Of a stretch of DNA of 64,000 bases, positions 29,431 to 37,540 are shown one piece after another; position 1 is the first letter of the stretch, and the number at the start of each line of letters is the position of its first letter. The translations under genes and the position numbers were made by a program. The notes below the pieces were generated by a model, which made no database searches, was not told where the DNA came from, and saw only the letters and a program-made list of their open reading frames with translations. This DNA comes from a virus (Duplodnaviria > Heunggongvirae > Uroviricota > Caudoviricetes): IMG/VR virus record IMGVR_UViG_2737471844_000002, positions 10,565 through 74,564 of that record; one strand, written 5' to 3'.

Positions 29431-30005
29431 TGACTTTTAAAATGAGCGATAAAGCACGGACCATGCGTGTATTTAATTTTCTTGAAGATACAAAAGAATT
29501 TATCGGCAGTGGTGACGCTTATATACCGCCTCATACCGGATTACCCGCAAACTGTACGGATATTGTACCGCCGGAAATTCCCGAAGGTTTTACGGCAATG
29601 TTTGATACTGCTGACAATTCATGGCGTCTGGTAGAAGACCATCGGGGGGAAACAGTTTATTCAACGGAAACCGGAAATGCAGTCCCGATATCTGAACTGG
29701 GGGAACTTCCTGAAAATGTCACATTTATTGCACCAGACGGAGAATACCAGCGCTGGGATGGCAGTCAGTGGGTGACGGATGAAGAGGCGAAGCGTGATGC
29801 GCTGATTAATCAGGCGGCAGAAAAGAAAACCAGCCTGCTGAAACAGACTGGAGAACAAATCGCAATCTTACAGGATGCTGTTGATTTTGGTGAAGCAACA
29901 CCAGAGGAACAGGAGCAACTGACAGCCCTCAGAAAATTACGAATAAAGTTAAATCGTATTCAACCGGAAAATGCACCAGATATCGACTGGTCAGACTTTG
30001 AATAA
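29430..30005 (+). CDS. tail fibre assembly protein
   Basis: 191-aa ORF; homologous to the P2-like G product at 53588-54187 (shared [14 protein letters not shown] motif). Confidence 0.7.
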   Translation: MTFKMSDKARTMRVFNFLEDTKEFIGSGDAYIPPHTGLPANCTDIVPPEIPEGFTAMFDTADNSWRLVEDHRGETVYSTETGNAVPISELGELPENVTFIAPDGEYQRWDGSQWVTDEEAKRDALINQAAEKKTSLLKQTGEQIAILQDAVDFGEATPEEQEQLTALRKLRIKLNRIQPENAPDIDWSDFE

Positions 30006-30050
30006 ATTCCACAGCCGCCAGCAGGCGGCTTTTTATCATTCAGAGGCTCT

Positions 30051-31475
30051 ATGTCTGTATTAATTTCAGGGGCGCTGATTAATGGCGCTGGCGTTCCGAT
30101 GGCGGAATGCAAAATTTATTTAGATGCACTGGTTAATACCAGTGAAGTGGTCACTGAGTCATTTGCGGTTATTGAAACCGATGCGGCGGGACAGTATGCC
30201 TTTGAAGCACAAAAAGGCAAATACACCGTACACATCAAGCAAAAGAACGGCCCCAAGTGCTGCGTGGGTGACATTTCGGTTTACGACGACTCAAAGCCCG
30301 GCACGCTGAACGACTTTCTGACTGCCCTTGATGAAAGCGATTTAAAGCCGGATGTAGTGAAACGCTTTGAGGAACTGGCGCAACAGGCACAGCAGAGCGC
30401 GGAAGCCGCCGCTGGCAGCGAACAACAGGCAGGACAACACGCCACTGATGCACAGCAGATTAAGGCCGACTGTCAGGCGCTGGCGAAAGACGTACAGCAG
30501 AACGCCGACGCGGTTGCGGAGGGTAAACAACAGGTCGAAAATCTGGTCTCACAGGTTGAGAATGCCGCCGAGGAGGTAAAAAAGGACGCTGAAGCTGCTA
30601 AACAGGCCGCATCTGATGCAGAGCATGTCAGGGAGGATATTGACACCGCGTTATCTGCGACACTGAAAACGGCGAATCGTTTATCAGAGCTGGCTGATGA
30701 AGGTGAAGAGGCTCAGCAGGAATCCCGTGATAATCTTGGACTGAAAAGCGCTGCCACAATGACGCCACAGAGCGACATTCGTGACCGGACTGAAGGTCGT
30801 CTGGCGACACCTGGCGCATTTGGTTTTGGGCATATTTTTTTGCCCGCAGAGCGGATCCGTTTTAACACAGAGGATGATTTTCTGTCCTGGGTAAGGAATG
30901 CGACGCCGGGTGAATATTTTGTTGAGGGTGGCAGTAAAATCATATCCGGAGGTGTGTTGTTTAACGGGGTGGTCAGCATCCGGTGGGTTGAGGCACGCAA
31001 TAATCCACCGGAACCGCGATATACATCAAAGGCCATTATTTTCTACGGTATCAATGGCGATGTTTATTACAGCCGCTACTGGACAACAGGTAATGGTTAT
31101 CTGACTGGCTGGGAAAATCTGAAAATTACCTCACAGGACATTATCTCTCTTCTGTCCGGTATTGCTCCCGGTACCACGGACGGCTGGTACGGTGCAGGCA
31201 GTCTTGTACTGGCGGCTTATAACGGTAAGGGAGACGCAGACACCGACCGCCGGATAAAACGCGGTTACAGCTATCCGGGGTCACGCCTGAGCGCGGTTGA
31301 ATTTATGTGTCACGGCACGACCGGTAGCGGGGTTGGATATAACGGCAGCGTTTCCGTATATGTGCGGAGTTCTGGTGGTGGTATGCCGGGGTCATATCGG
31401 GCACTGTCAGGTGATGGGCTCGGGTCTGCCGGGTCAGCCAGTGTCATGATTGGTTTGTTCATACGTATTGCGTAG
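30051..31475 (+). CDS. side tail fibre protein (Phage_fiber_N / Stf-like)
   Basis: 474-aa ORF; N-terminus resembles lambdoid side-tail-fibre N domains, followed by an Ala/Gln-rich coiled segment. Confidence 0.65.
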   Translation: MSVLISGALINGAGVPMAECKIYLDALVNTSEVVTESFAVIETDAAGQYAFEAQKGKYTVHIKQKNGPKCCVGDISVYDDSKPGTLNDFLTALDESDLKPDVVKRFEELAQQAQQSAEAAAGSEQQAGQHATDAQQIKADCQALAKDVQQNADAVAEGKQQVENLVSQVENAAEEVKKDAEAAKQAASDAEHVREDIDTALSATLKTANRLSELADEGEEAQQESRDNLGLKSAATMTPQSDIRDRTEGRLATPGAFGFGHIFLPAERIRFNTEDDFLSWVRNATPGEYFVEGGSKIISGGVLFNGVVSIRWVEARNNPPEPRYTSKAIIFYGINGDVYYSRYWTTGNGYLTGWENLKITSQDIISLLSGIAPGTTDGWYGAGSLVLAAYNGKGDADTDRRIKRGYSYPGSRLSAVEFMCHGTTGSGVGYNGSVSVYVRSSGGGMPGSYRALSGDGLGSAGSASVMIGLFIRIA

Positions 31476-31482
31476 GTGTTTT

Positions 31483-32049
31483 ATGGAAATAAAACGCATC
31501 GAAAATGCGCGTTATCTTGAAAATGGCGCGATTGACTGCGGGGTGTTGTTTGATGGCATGGATGAACCGGTTCCGTATACGGCAACTGCCACGGATACAG
31601 CAGAGACAGGGCAGCGAGTCTGGCAGGAGCTGCAAAGTGGGAGATGGGGAGAAATAACGCCGTTCACCGTCACGCCAGAGATGCTGGAAGCAGCAAAAGC
31701 AGCCAAACGCCGGGAAATTGAAGCATGGCGCACAGAACAGGAGGCGCAGCCATTCATTTTTGAATGGAACGGCCATAGCTGGAACGGGGGACCGGATTCT
31801 ATGGCCCGTCTTTACCCGGTGGTGATGTCAGCAAAATCAGTCACGGCACGGAAATCTATGGTATGGGGTGATGCGGAAAATCAGCAGGTAAAGTTGTCAA
31901 TGCAACAACTGGATGAACTGCTTACTGCAATGGTTCAGGCGCAGGTCGATCGCAATGACGAGATTTATCGCCGTCAGCGGGAGATGAAGGAAACACTGGC
32001 GGGGCTGGATGACCTGAACACCATCAGAAGTCTGCCCATCAGTGAATAA
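31483..32049 (+). CDS. tail fibre assembly protein (Tfa-like)
   Basis: ATG 31483 within track ORF 31450-32049; Tfa-like sequence character. Confidence 0.6.
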   Translation: MEIKRIENARYLENGAIDCGVLFDGMDEPVPYTATATDTAETGQRVWQELQSGRWGEITPFTVTPEMLEAAKAAKRREIEAWRTEQEAQPFIFEWNGHSWNGGPDSMARLYPVVMSAKSVTARKSMVWGDAENQQVKLSMQQLDELLTAMVQAQVDRNDEIYRRQREMKETLAGLDDLNTIRSLPISE

Positions 32050-32062
32050 AAACGTAAGTGGT

Positions 32063-32142
32063 CAAATAAAGTGCTGTATCACCTTATTTTGCGCTTTATT
32101 CTGGATTTTTTTTATTATGTCAACCGTTCAAAATAAAGCGCT
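32063..32142. repeat. three AAATAAAGYGC motifs in alternating orientation at the Mu-like / P2-like junction
   Basis: caaataaagtgc (32063), gcgctttatt on the complementary strand (about 32091), caaaataaagcgc (32128); AT-rich 130-bp intergenic region. Confidence 0.3.
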
Positions 32143-32183
32143 AAATAGTCCAGAAAAAATCGCGAAGTTACACACGCGGCGCG

Positions 32184-34727
32184 GTGGATGAAGCCATGGC
32201 CTCGCTGCGCCTGCTGCCGTCCTATCTGCGCGATCCGCTTATTCGCCACCTCTCCTTCCTTCGCAAAAAACAGGAAGCCGATCGCCGGAAAGGCAAAAAG
32301 AGCTGGCAGGCGGAACGCTATGCACGCGGAACCCTGCGCAAAATATTCGAACGTCTGGATCGCACTGACGGACGCTGGCTGACACCGGGTTATCGCTCCC
32401 TTGCCGGACGCGAACGCCTGGACGATTTGCTTTACCTGCCGCAGCTCAACAAACACCAGATACAGACGTTGGCCACCATGACGGCGGCGATGTTCAGCAG
32501 CACCTTCGAAAAGCTCTGCGATGGCTTTGGCGCCAGAGATGGCGAGCTGACCATGGATGTAATGTTGAAGGCTTACCGGATGCTGGCTCGTATCGCATTA
32601 CGCCTGCACATCATGCCGCCACATTACGAAGCCCTGAACAAGAGCGAACCGGATACGGAACTGCTGCCGGGCGCAATCCTTCGCCTGACCTGTGCGGACT
32701 GGTGGAAACGCAAACTGTGGCTGTTACGTTGCGAGTGGAGAGAAGAACAACTCCGCGCCGCCTGTCTGGTTTCCAGAAAAACATCGCCTTATCTGAGCCA
32801 GGACGCGTTAAGCGAGTTTCGCGCACAGCGCGAGAAAACACGCGATTTCCTGAAAAGTTTCATGCTGGAAAACGAAGACGGGTTCACGATTGATCTCGAG
32901 ACAGTGTATTACGCGGGAGTAAGTAACCCGGTTCACCGTAAGGCAGAAATGATGGCCACCATGAAGGGGCTGGAACTTCTGGCCGAAGCCCGTGGTGACA
33001 AAGCGGTGTTTCTGACTGTCACCTGCCCGTCAAAATACCACGCAACAACGGAGAACGGTCATCCGAATCCCAAATGGAACGGGGCCACCATGCGCGACTC
33101 CAGCGATTACCTGGTTAACACGTTTTTTGCGGCGGTCCGCAAGAAACTGAACCGCGACGGCCTGCGCTGGTATGGCATCCGCACGGTGGAGCCTCACCAT
33201 GACGGCACCGTGCACTGGCATATGATGGTCTTTGCCCATCCGGAAGAAATCGACACCATTGTGTCCCACACCCGCGATATTGCCATTCAGGAAGATCGTC
33301 ACGAGCTGGGCGATGATATTACTCCGCGCTTTAAGGCGGAGTATGTCGACGGCTCAAAAGGCACGCCAACCAGCTACATCGCCACCTACATCGGAAAAAA
33401 CCTGGACAGCCGCGCCGTGGATGGCATCGCCCCGAAAACAGGCAAACCACGCGTTGACCACGAAACCGGAAAATCAATGGCCGAGAGCGTGGAGCGCGCC
33501 ATCGGCTGGGCGCGCCTTCACCGGGTCCGCCAGTTCCAGTTCTTTGGCATCCCCTCCCGTCAGGTGTGGCGTGAACTGCGCCGCCTTGCCAGCCAGATGG
33601 CACGCAACCCGGAAGGCCCGCAACGGCTGAAGGACGACGCAATGGATGCGGTACTCGCTGCCGCTGATGCCGGGTGTTTTGCCTCCTACATTGAAAAACA
33701 GGGTGGCGTACTTGTTCCACGCAAGGACTACCTGATTCGCACCGCCTACGACCTCGCAGATGAGCTGAACGATTACGGCGAACAGAGCGTACAGATTTAC
33801 GGGATCTGGTCACCACTCATCGGGGAATCCTCCCGTGTGTGCACGCACCCGGATAACTGGAAGCTGGTAAGACGTAAACCGGAAGCGGAAGACAGCGCCC
33901 GCGAAAATTGTTTTGACCTTCAGGGCGGCCCTGCCGCCCCTTGGACTCGTGGCAATAACTGTCCCCGTGTACAGGAAACGGACAACAACGGGACAGAACA
34001 GCCGGAAGAACGGCCAGCACCGTGGCCGCAGCTTCCTGACGGCGTTGATGTGGATGAATGGATGCGCTCACTGAAACGGCACGAACGCCGGGCGCTGATG
34101 CGTTCGCTGCGTGACAAACAGGCCAAAAACAGCAGTGATGAAATGCAGAACTGGACACAGAGCCGCAAACAGCCACAGCCTTTGCCTGATAAACACGAAT
34201 TACTCGCTAAAGAATGGCGGGAGTCTGCCGAATCTCTCGGCCTGCATATCGGTGAACAGCAGATGCAGCACCTGTTACGGGGCGGCAGCCTGTACGTTGA
34301 CGGCAGCATCATTGCACCGCAGGGATTTGAAATTGTACGCAAACCGGATACCCGCCCGGACAGCCGAATCACGCAGCTCTGGCAGCGCCTGAGCCGTAAT
34401 CACGGCGTAAGCAGCACGGAGATCCGCCATAACCCGGTCGCCAGCTATCTGGCACAGCTCGGGGCATCAGACCCCGAAGCCGCCGCACGCCTGGCATCCA
34501 CACTTCAGCAGGACCAGAACACCATGAAAACACCCGTTACCGTGCTTTCTGACATGCTGCGCGCCATTCGTGACGCAGAGCACGCACAGAGAATCAGTGA
34601 AACCACTGAACACGCCCGCCGCAAAGCAGACCTGCTGCGGGGTAGCCTGACCAGTGGCAACAAAAAACAGACAGAAACGGGATTCACAAATCCCGCAAAT
34701 GAGCAAAAAACGCGCCGCGATATATGA
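32184..34727 (+). CDS. A: P2-type replication initiation endonuclease gpA
   Basis: 847-aa ORF (GTG 32184 or ATG 32196); contains the rolling-circle initiator signatures VEPHHDGTVHWHMM and YIATYIGKNLD (paired Tyr). Confidence 0.8.
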   Translation: MDEAMASLRLLPSYLRDPLIRHLSFLRKKQEADRRKGKKSWQAERYARGTLRKIFERLDRTDGRWLTPGYRSLAGRERLDDLLYLPQLNKHQIQTLATMTAAMFSSTFEKLCDGFGARDGELTMDVMLKAYRMLARIALRLHIMPPHYEALNKSEPDTELLPGAILRLTCADWWKRKLWLLRCEWREEQLRAACLVSRKTSPYLSQDALSEFRAQREKTRDFLKSFMLENEDGFTIDLETVYYAGVSNPVHRKAEMMATMKGLELLAEARGDKAVFLTVTCPSKYHATTENGHPNPKWNGATMRDSSDYLVNTFFAAVRKKLNRDGLRWYGIRTVEPHHDGTVHWHMMVFAHPEEIDTIVSHTRDIAIQEDRHELGDDITPRFKAEYVDGSKGTPTSYIATYIGKNLDSRAVDGIAPKTGKPRVDHETGKSMAESVERAIGWARLHRVRQFQFFGIPSRQVWRELRRLASQMARNPEGPQRLKDDAMDAVLAAADAGCFASYIEKQGGVLVPRKDYLIRTAYDLADELNDYGEQSVQIYGIWSPLIGESSRVCTHPDNWKLVRRKPEAEDSARENCFDLQGGPAAPWTRGNNCPRVQETDNNGTEQPEERPAPWPQLPDGVDVDEWMRSLKRHERRALMRSLRDKQAKNSSDEMQNWTQSRKQPQPLPDKHELLAKEWRESAESLGLHIGEQQMQHLLRGGSLYVDGSIIAPQGFEIVRKPDTRPDSRITQLWQRLSRNHGVSSTEIRHNPVASYLAQLGASDPEAAARLASTLQQDQNTMKTPVTVLSDMLRAIRDAEHAQRISETTEHARRKADLLRGSLTSGNKKQTETGFTNPANEQKTRRDI

Positions 34728-34768
34728 AGCGCGCACAAAACAGGCGAAAGCGGGATTTAAAAATCCCG
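34677..34768. promoter_or_regulatory. two CGGGATT-N4-AATCCCG palindromes (candidate ParR centromere/operator)
   Basis: cgggattcacaaatcccg at 34677-34694 and cgggatttaaaaatcccg at 34751-34768, just upstream of parM. Confidence 0.35.
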
Positions 34769-34803
34769 TAAACGGTTAATTAACCAACATAAGGAAAATC
34801 GAC

Positions 34804-35763
34804 ATGAAAATTTGTATCGACGACGGCTCCACCAACATCAAGCTGGCATGGACTGAAAACGGCGAACGCCGCAACGCCATCAGCCCGAACAGCTTCAAGT
34901 CGGAATGGTCTGCGCCGTTCGGTGGCTCGCAGCCTGCGAACTACATGCTTGATGGCGTGCGCTATGGTTTTGATCCGGTCAGCGATCGCTTTGTCCAGAC
35001 GACCGACACGCAATACCAGTACAGCGATGTGAATGTCATTGCCATTCATCACGCGCTGGTCAAATCAGGCATCACGCCACAGGAAGTGGATGTTGTTGTC
35101 ACCCTGCCACTGAGCGAATATTTCGACACTAACGCCCAGCCGGACATGGCCAACATCAACCGCAAAAAAGCGAACGTTATGCGCCCGGTGGAGTACCAGA
35201 ACGGTGAGGCATTCACTATCCGTAACGTGCGGGTTATGCCTGAATCCATTCCGGCTGGCTTTAAGGCACTGGCTGACATGAGTCCGTTTGAATCCCTGCT
35301 GATTGTGGATTTGGGCGGAACCACGCTGGATGTGGCAAAGGTTCAGGGGCAACTGGCAGGTATCAGCCAGGTGTTTTGCGATCCACACGTAGGCGTTTCT
35401 CTGATGGCCGATGCCGTACTGTCGGTGATGGCCACTAACGGTATGCGCACCAGTCACCACATAGCCAATACCATTATCGAACATCGCCATGATGAAGCCT
35501 GGCTGCGCCAGCACATCCACAATGACGCGCATTACGCCAGCCTGATGGCGGTTATTCGTGAAAAGGAAGAAACACTGAAACAACGTGTTATCCGCGCGCT
35601 GGCGGTTTTTTCGGGTTACGGGCGGGTGATGGTTGTCGGTGGAGGGGCGGAGATTGTGGCACCCGCTATCCGCGAAGCCTGCGGAGTTAATGCGACTTTC
35701 ATCGCGGACGGGGTGCCACAGTTTGCTCTGGTTAATGGGCTGTACGCAATGGACAAGGAGTAA
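34804..35763 (+). CDS. parM: ParM/StbA actin-like segregation ATPase
   Basis: 319-aa ORF; strong resemblance to plasmid R1 ParM (MKICIDDGSTNIKL, YSDVNVIAIHHAL, LLIVDLGGTTLD). Confidence 0.8.
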   Translation: MKICIDDGSTNIKLAWTENGERRNAISPNSFKSEWSAPFGGSQPANYMLDGVRYGFDPVSDRFVQTTDTQYQYSDVNVIAIHHALVKSGITPQEVDVVVTLPLSEYFDTNAQPDMANINRKKANVMRPVEYQNGEAFTIRNVRVMPESIPAGFKALADMSPFESLLIVDLGGTTLDVAKVQGQLAGISQVFCDPHVGVSLMADAVLSVMATNGMRTSHHIANTIIEHRHDEAWLRQHIHNDAHYASLMAVIREKEETLKQRVIRALAVFSGYGRVMVVGGGAEIVAPAIREACGVNATFIADGVPQFALVNGLYAMDKE

Positions 35764-35767
35764 ACCA

Positions 35768-36079
35768 ATGACGACTCCAACCAGACGGATAAGTTTCTAT
35801 CTGAAGCCCACCGCCGTCAAGAACGAAGGAGAAGCATGCGCCTGGCTGGACAGCCTTACACCAGAAGCCCGCAAAAGCGGCCAACGCGTGGCTTTTCTGG
35901 CCGGGCTGGCACTTCTGAAAATGAATCCGGCAGAGGCTTACCGACTGGCTGCATGGGCTGATGATGAGGTGTTATCAGTGACACAAACCAAGACAGAACG
36001 CCCCGCGTCACAGCCAGTATCAACCGCACAGATAACCAGTCAGATGGCCGGAAATATCCGGGCGTTATTTCCTGAATAA
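35768..36079 (+). CDS. parR: ParR/StbB-like partition adaptor
   Basis: ATG 35768 five nt after the parM stop; 103-aa product with N-terminal RISFYLKP...LDSLTPEARKSGQ pattern resembling R1 ParR. Confidence 0.5.
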   Translation: MTTPTRRISFYLKPTAVKNEGEACAWLDSLTPEARKSGQRVAFLAGLALLKMNPAEAYRLAAWADDEVLSVTQTKTERPASQPVSTAQITSQMAGNIRALFPE

Positions 36080-36122
36080 CATCAGGGCGTATTCGCCCTG
36101 CCACCAATCCCATAACATAAAG

Positions 36123-36152
36123 AACGGGGTGCAAATCACTATGCACCCCGTT
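36123..36152. promoter_or_regulatory. 11-bp perfect inverted repeat
   Basis: aacggggtgca, 8-nt loop, tgcaccccgtt; in the AT-rich gap between parR and the ATPase gene; no T-run follows on the plus strand. Confidence 0.3.
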
Positions 36153-36457
36153 CCAATACAAACCATCAGAAGATCTACACATCTTTCTCAAATGGCCAAG
36201 TAATCGAGCTGGTTCAGGAATAAGCAGGCTGCCAACACAAGTGAAGGAGATAAAACTGTAGAACTGATCAATCGTTGGAAACAAGTATTGACAGTATGTT
36301 CGAGTAACCCAACTGGATAGATTTTATGCTGATTATCCATACAGTAAAAAAGTGAGGATACTCTTTGAATTACGCCAGCAAGAGTGGTAACATTAGTCAA
36401 TGATTTTCATTAATGTAGTTACCAGCTTACACAAGCTGATGTTTTATTGGGGGTTTT

Positions 36458-37540
36458 ATGGTAAACGTGAGGGAGGATGAACTTTTCAAACTCATCGAGC
36501 AAGGCATCAAAGGCAACGCAAATGCATTTACACTCCTATGCAGAAAGATGATTAACAACATCCGTAAAAATGATGAGGCTTTAGCTTCTAAGCTGGCTTC
36601 GTTAGTTGCTGAGGGAACAGTATTACGTGGGGCATCTAGTAAGGCTCCTATGCCTGTGGATGGAGACTCCAGACGAAACCTTTTGCAGGAAACATCTGTC
36701 AACGCAATTGTTGAAGAACCTGTATGGAATACGGATATCTCAAAGAAGCTGGAGTCAATTGTTAACGAAAGAGAGAATGCGGTTTCTTTGTTCAAAGCTG
36801 GTCTTGAACCTGTGAAGACGGTTTTACTTTCTGGCCCGCCAGGCGTAGGCAAAACAATGTCCGCACATTGGCTTGCTGCAAAGTTAAATTTACCTCTTTT
36901 AACATTGGATCTCTCATCTGTAATGAGTTCTCTTTTGGGAAAAACAGGTAATAATATTAAATCCGTTATGGATTATGCCAAAGAGAAACCATGTGTCCTT
37001 TTGCTTGATGAATTTGATGCTGTTGCAAAAAGACGTGATGATGACAGGGACGTTGGAGAATTAAAACGTTTAGTTACTGTACTCCTACAGACCATAGATG
37101 AGTGGCCAGCGACCTCGCTTCTTGTTGCTGCGACTAATCACCCTGATATCTTAGATCCGGCTGTTTGGCGTCGATTTGAGCACATCCTTAAATTTAATAT
37201 GCCATCAGTAGAACTGATAGATAGATATTTAGTCAATCATAATATTGAACCTGAACTATCTAAAAAACTTGCACCATTATTAGATGGCATGTCCTTTGCC
37301 ATCATTAACCGTATTTTGAATTTCTCCAAAAAGAATGAGGTACTTAGAAATATTCCATTTGAAAGCTCATTAATAGAAGCCGTAATTACGGAGAGGGTTT
37401 CATTGGATGAGTTTAGCGATAATGATCTCAATATAATTAAATATCATTTTGACGGTTTTTCAAATAGGAAGATAGCTGAATTAGTTGGTGTTTCACATCC
37501 AACAATCGCGAATAAATTACAAAAGTGGGGGATTAAATGA
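36458..37540 (+). CDS. AAA+ ATPase with C-terminal HTH domain
   Basis: 360-aa ORF; Walker A GPPGVGKT, Walker B LLLDEFD, sensor/Arg-finger region ATNHPDILDPAVWRRFE; C-terminal GFSNRKIAELVGVSHPTIANKLQKWG helix-turn-helix; AT-rich. Confidence 0.8.
   Translation: MVNVREDELFKLIEQGIKGNANAFTLLCRKMINNIRKNDEALASKLASLVAEGTVLRGASSKAPMPVDGDSRRNLLQETSVNAIVEEPVWNTDISKKLESIVNERENAVSLFKAGLEPVKTVLLSGPPGVGKTMSAHWLAAKLNLPLLTLDLSSVMSSLLGKTGNNIKSVMDYAKEKPCVLLLDEFDAVAKRRDDDRDVGELKRLVTVLLQTIDEWPATSLLVAATNHPDILDPAVWRRFEHILKFNMPSVELIDRYLVNHNIEPELSKKLAPLLDGMSFAIINRILNFSKKNEVLRNIPFESSLIEAVITERVSLDEFSDNDLNIIKYHFDGFSNRKIAELVGVSHPTIANKLQKWGIK

Noticed and set aside
28501-32049. Invertible G-segment-like host-range switch with Gin invertase in the Mu-like tail-fibre region
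   Set aside because: Both fibre/assembly pairs are on the same strand and no serine invertase ORF or inverted fibre gene copy is present in the window.
32184-32200. Possible N-terminal truncation of gene A by the Mu-like insertion
   Set aside because: The ORF has an in-frame GTG/ATG start just after a stop, is full length or longer than I recall for P2 gpA, and contains all catalytic motifs. There is no sequence evidence of truncation; the insertion more likely lies upstream of an intact A.
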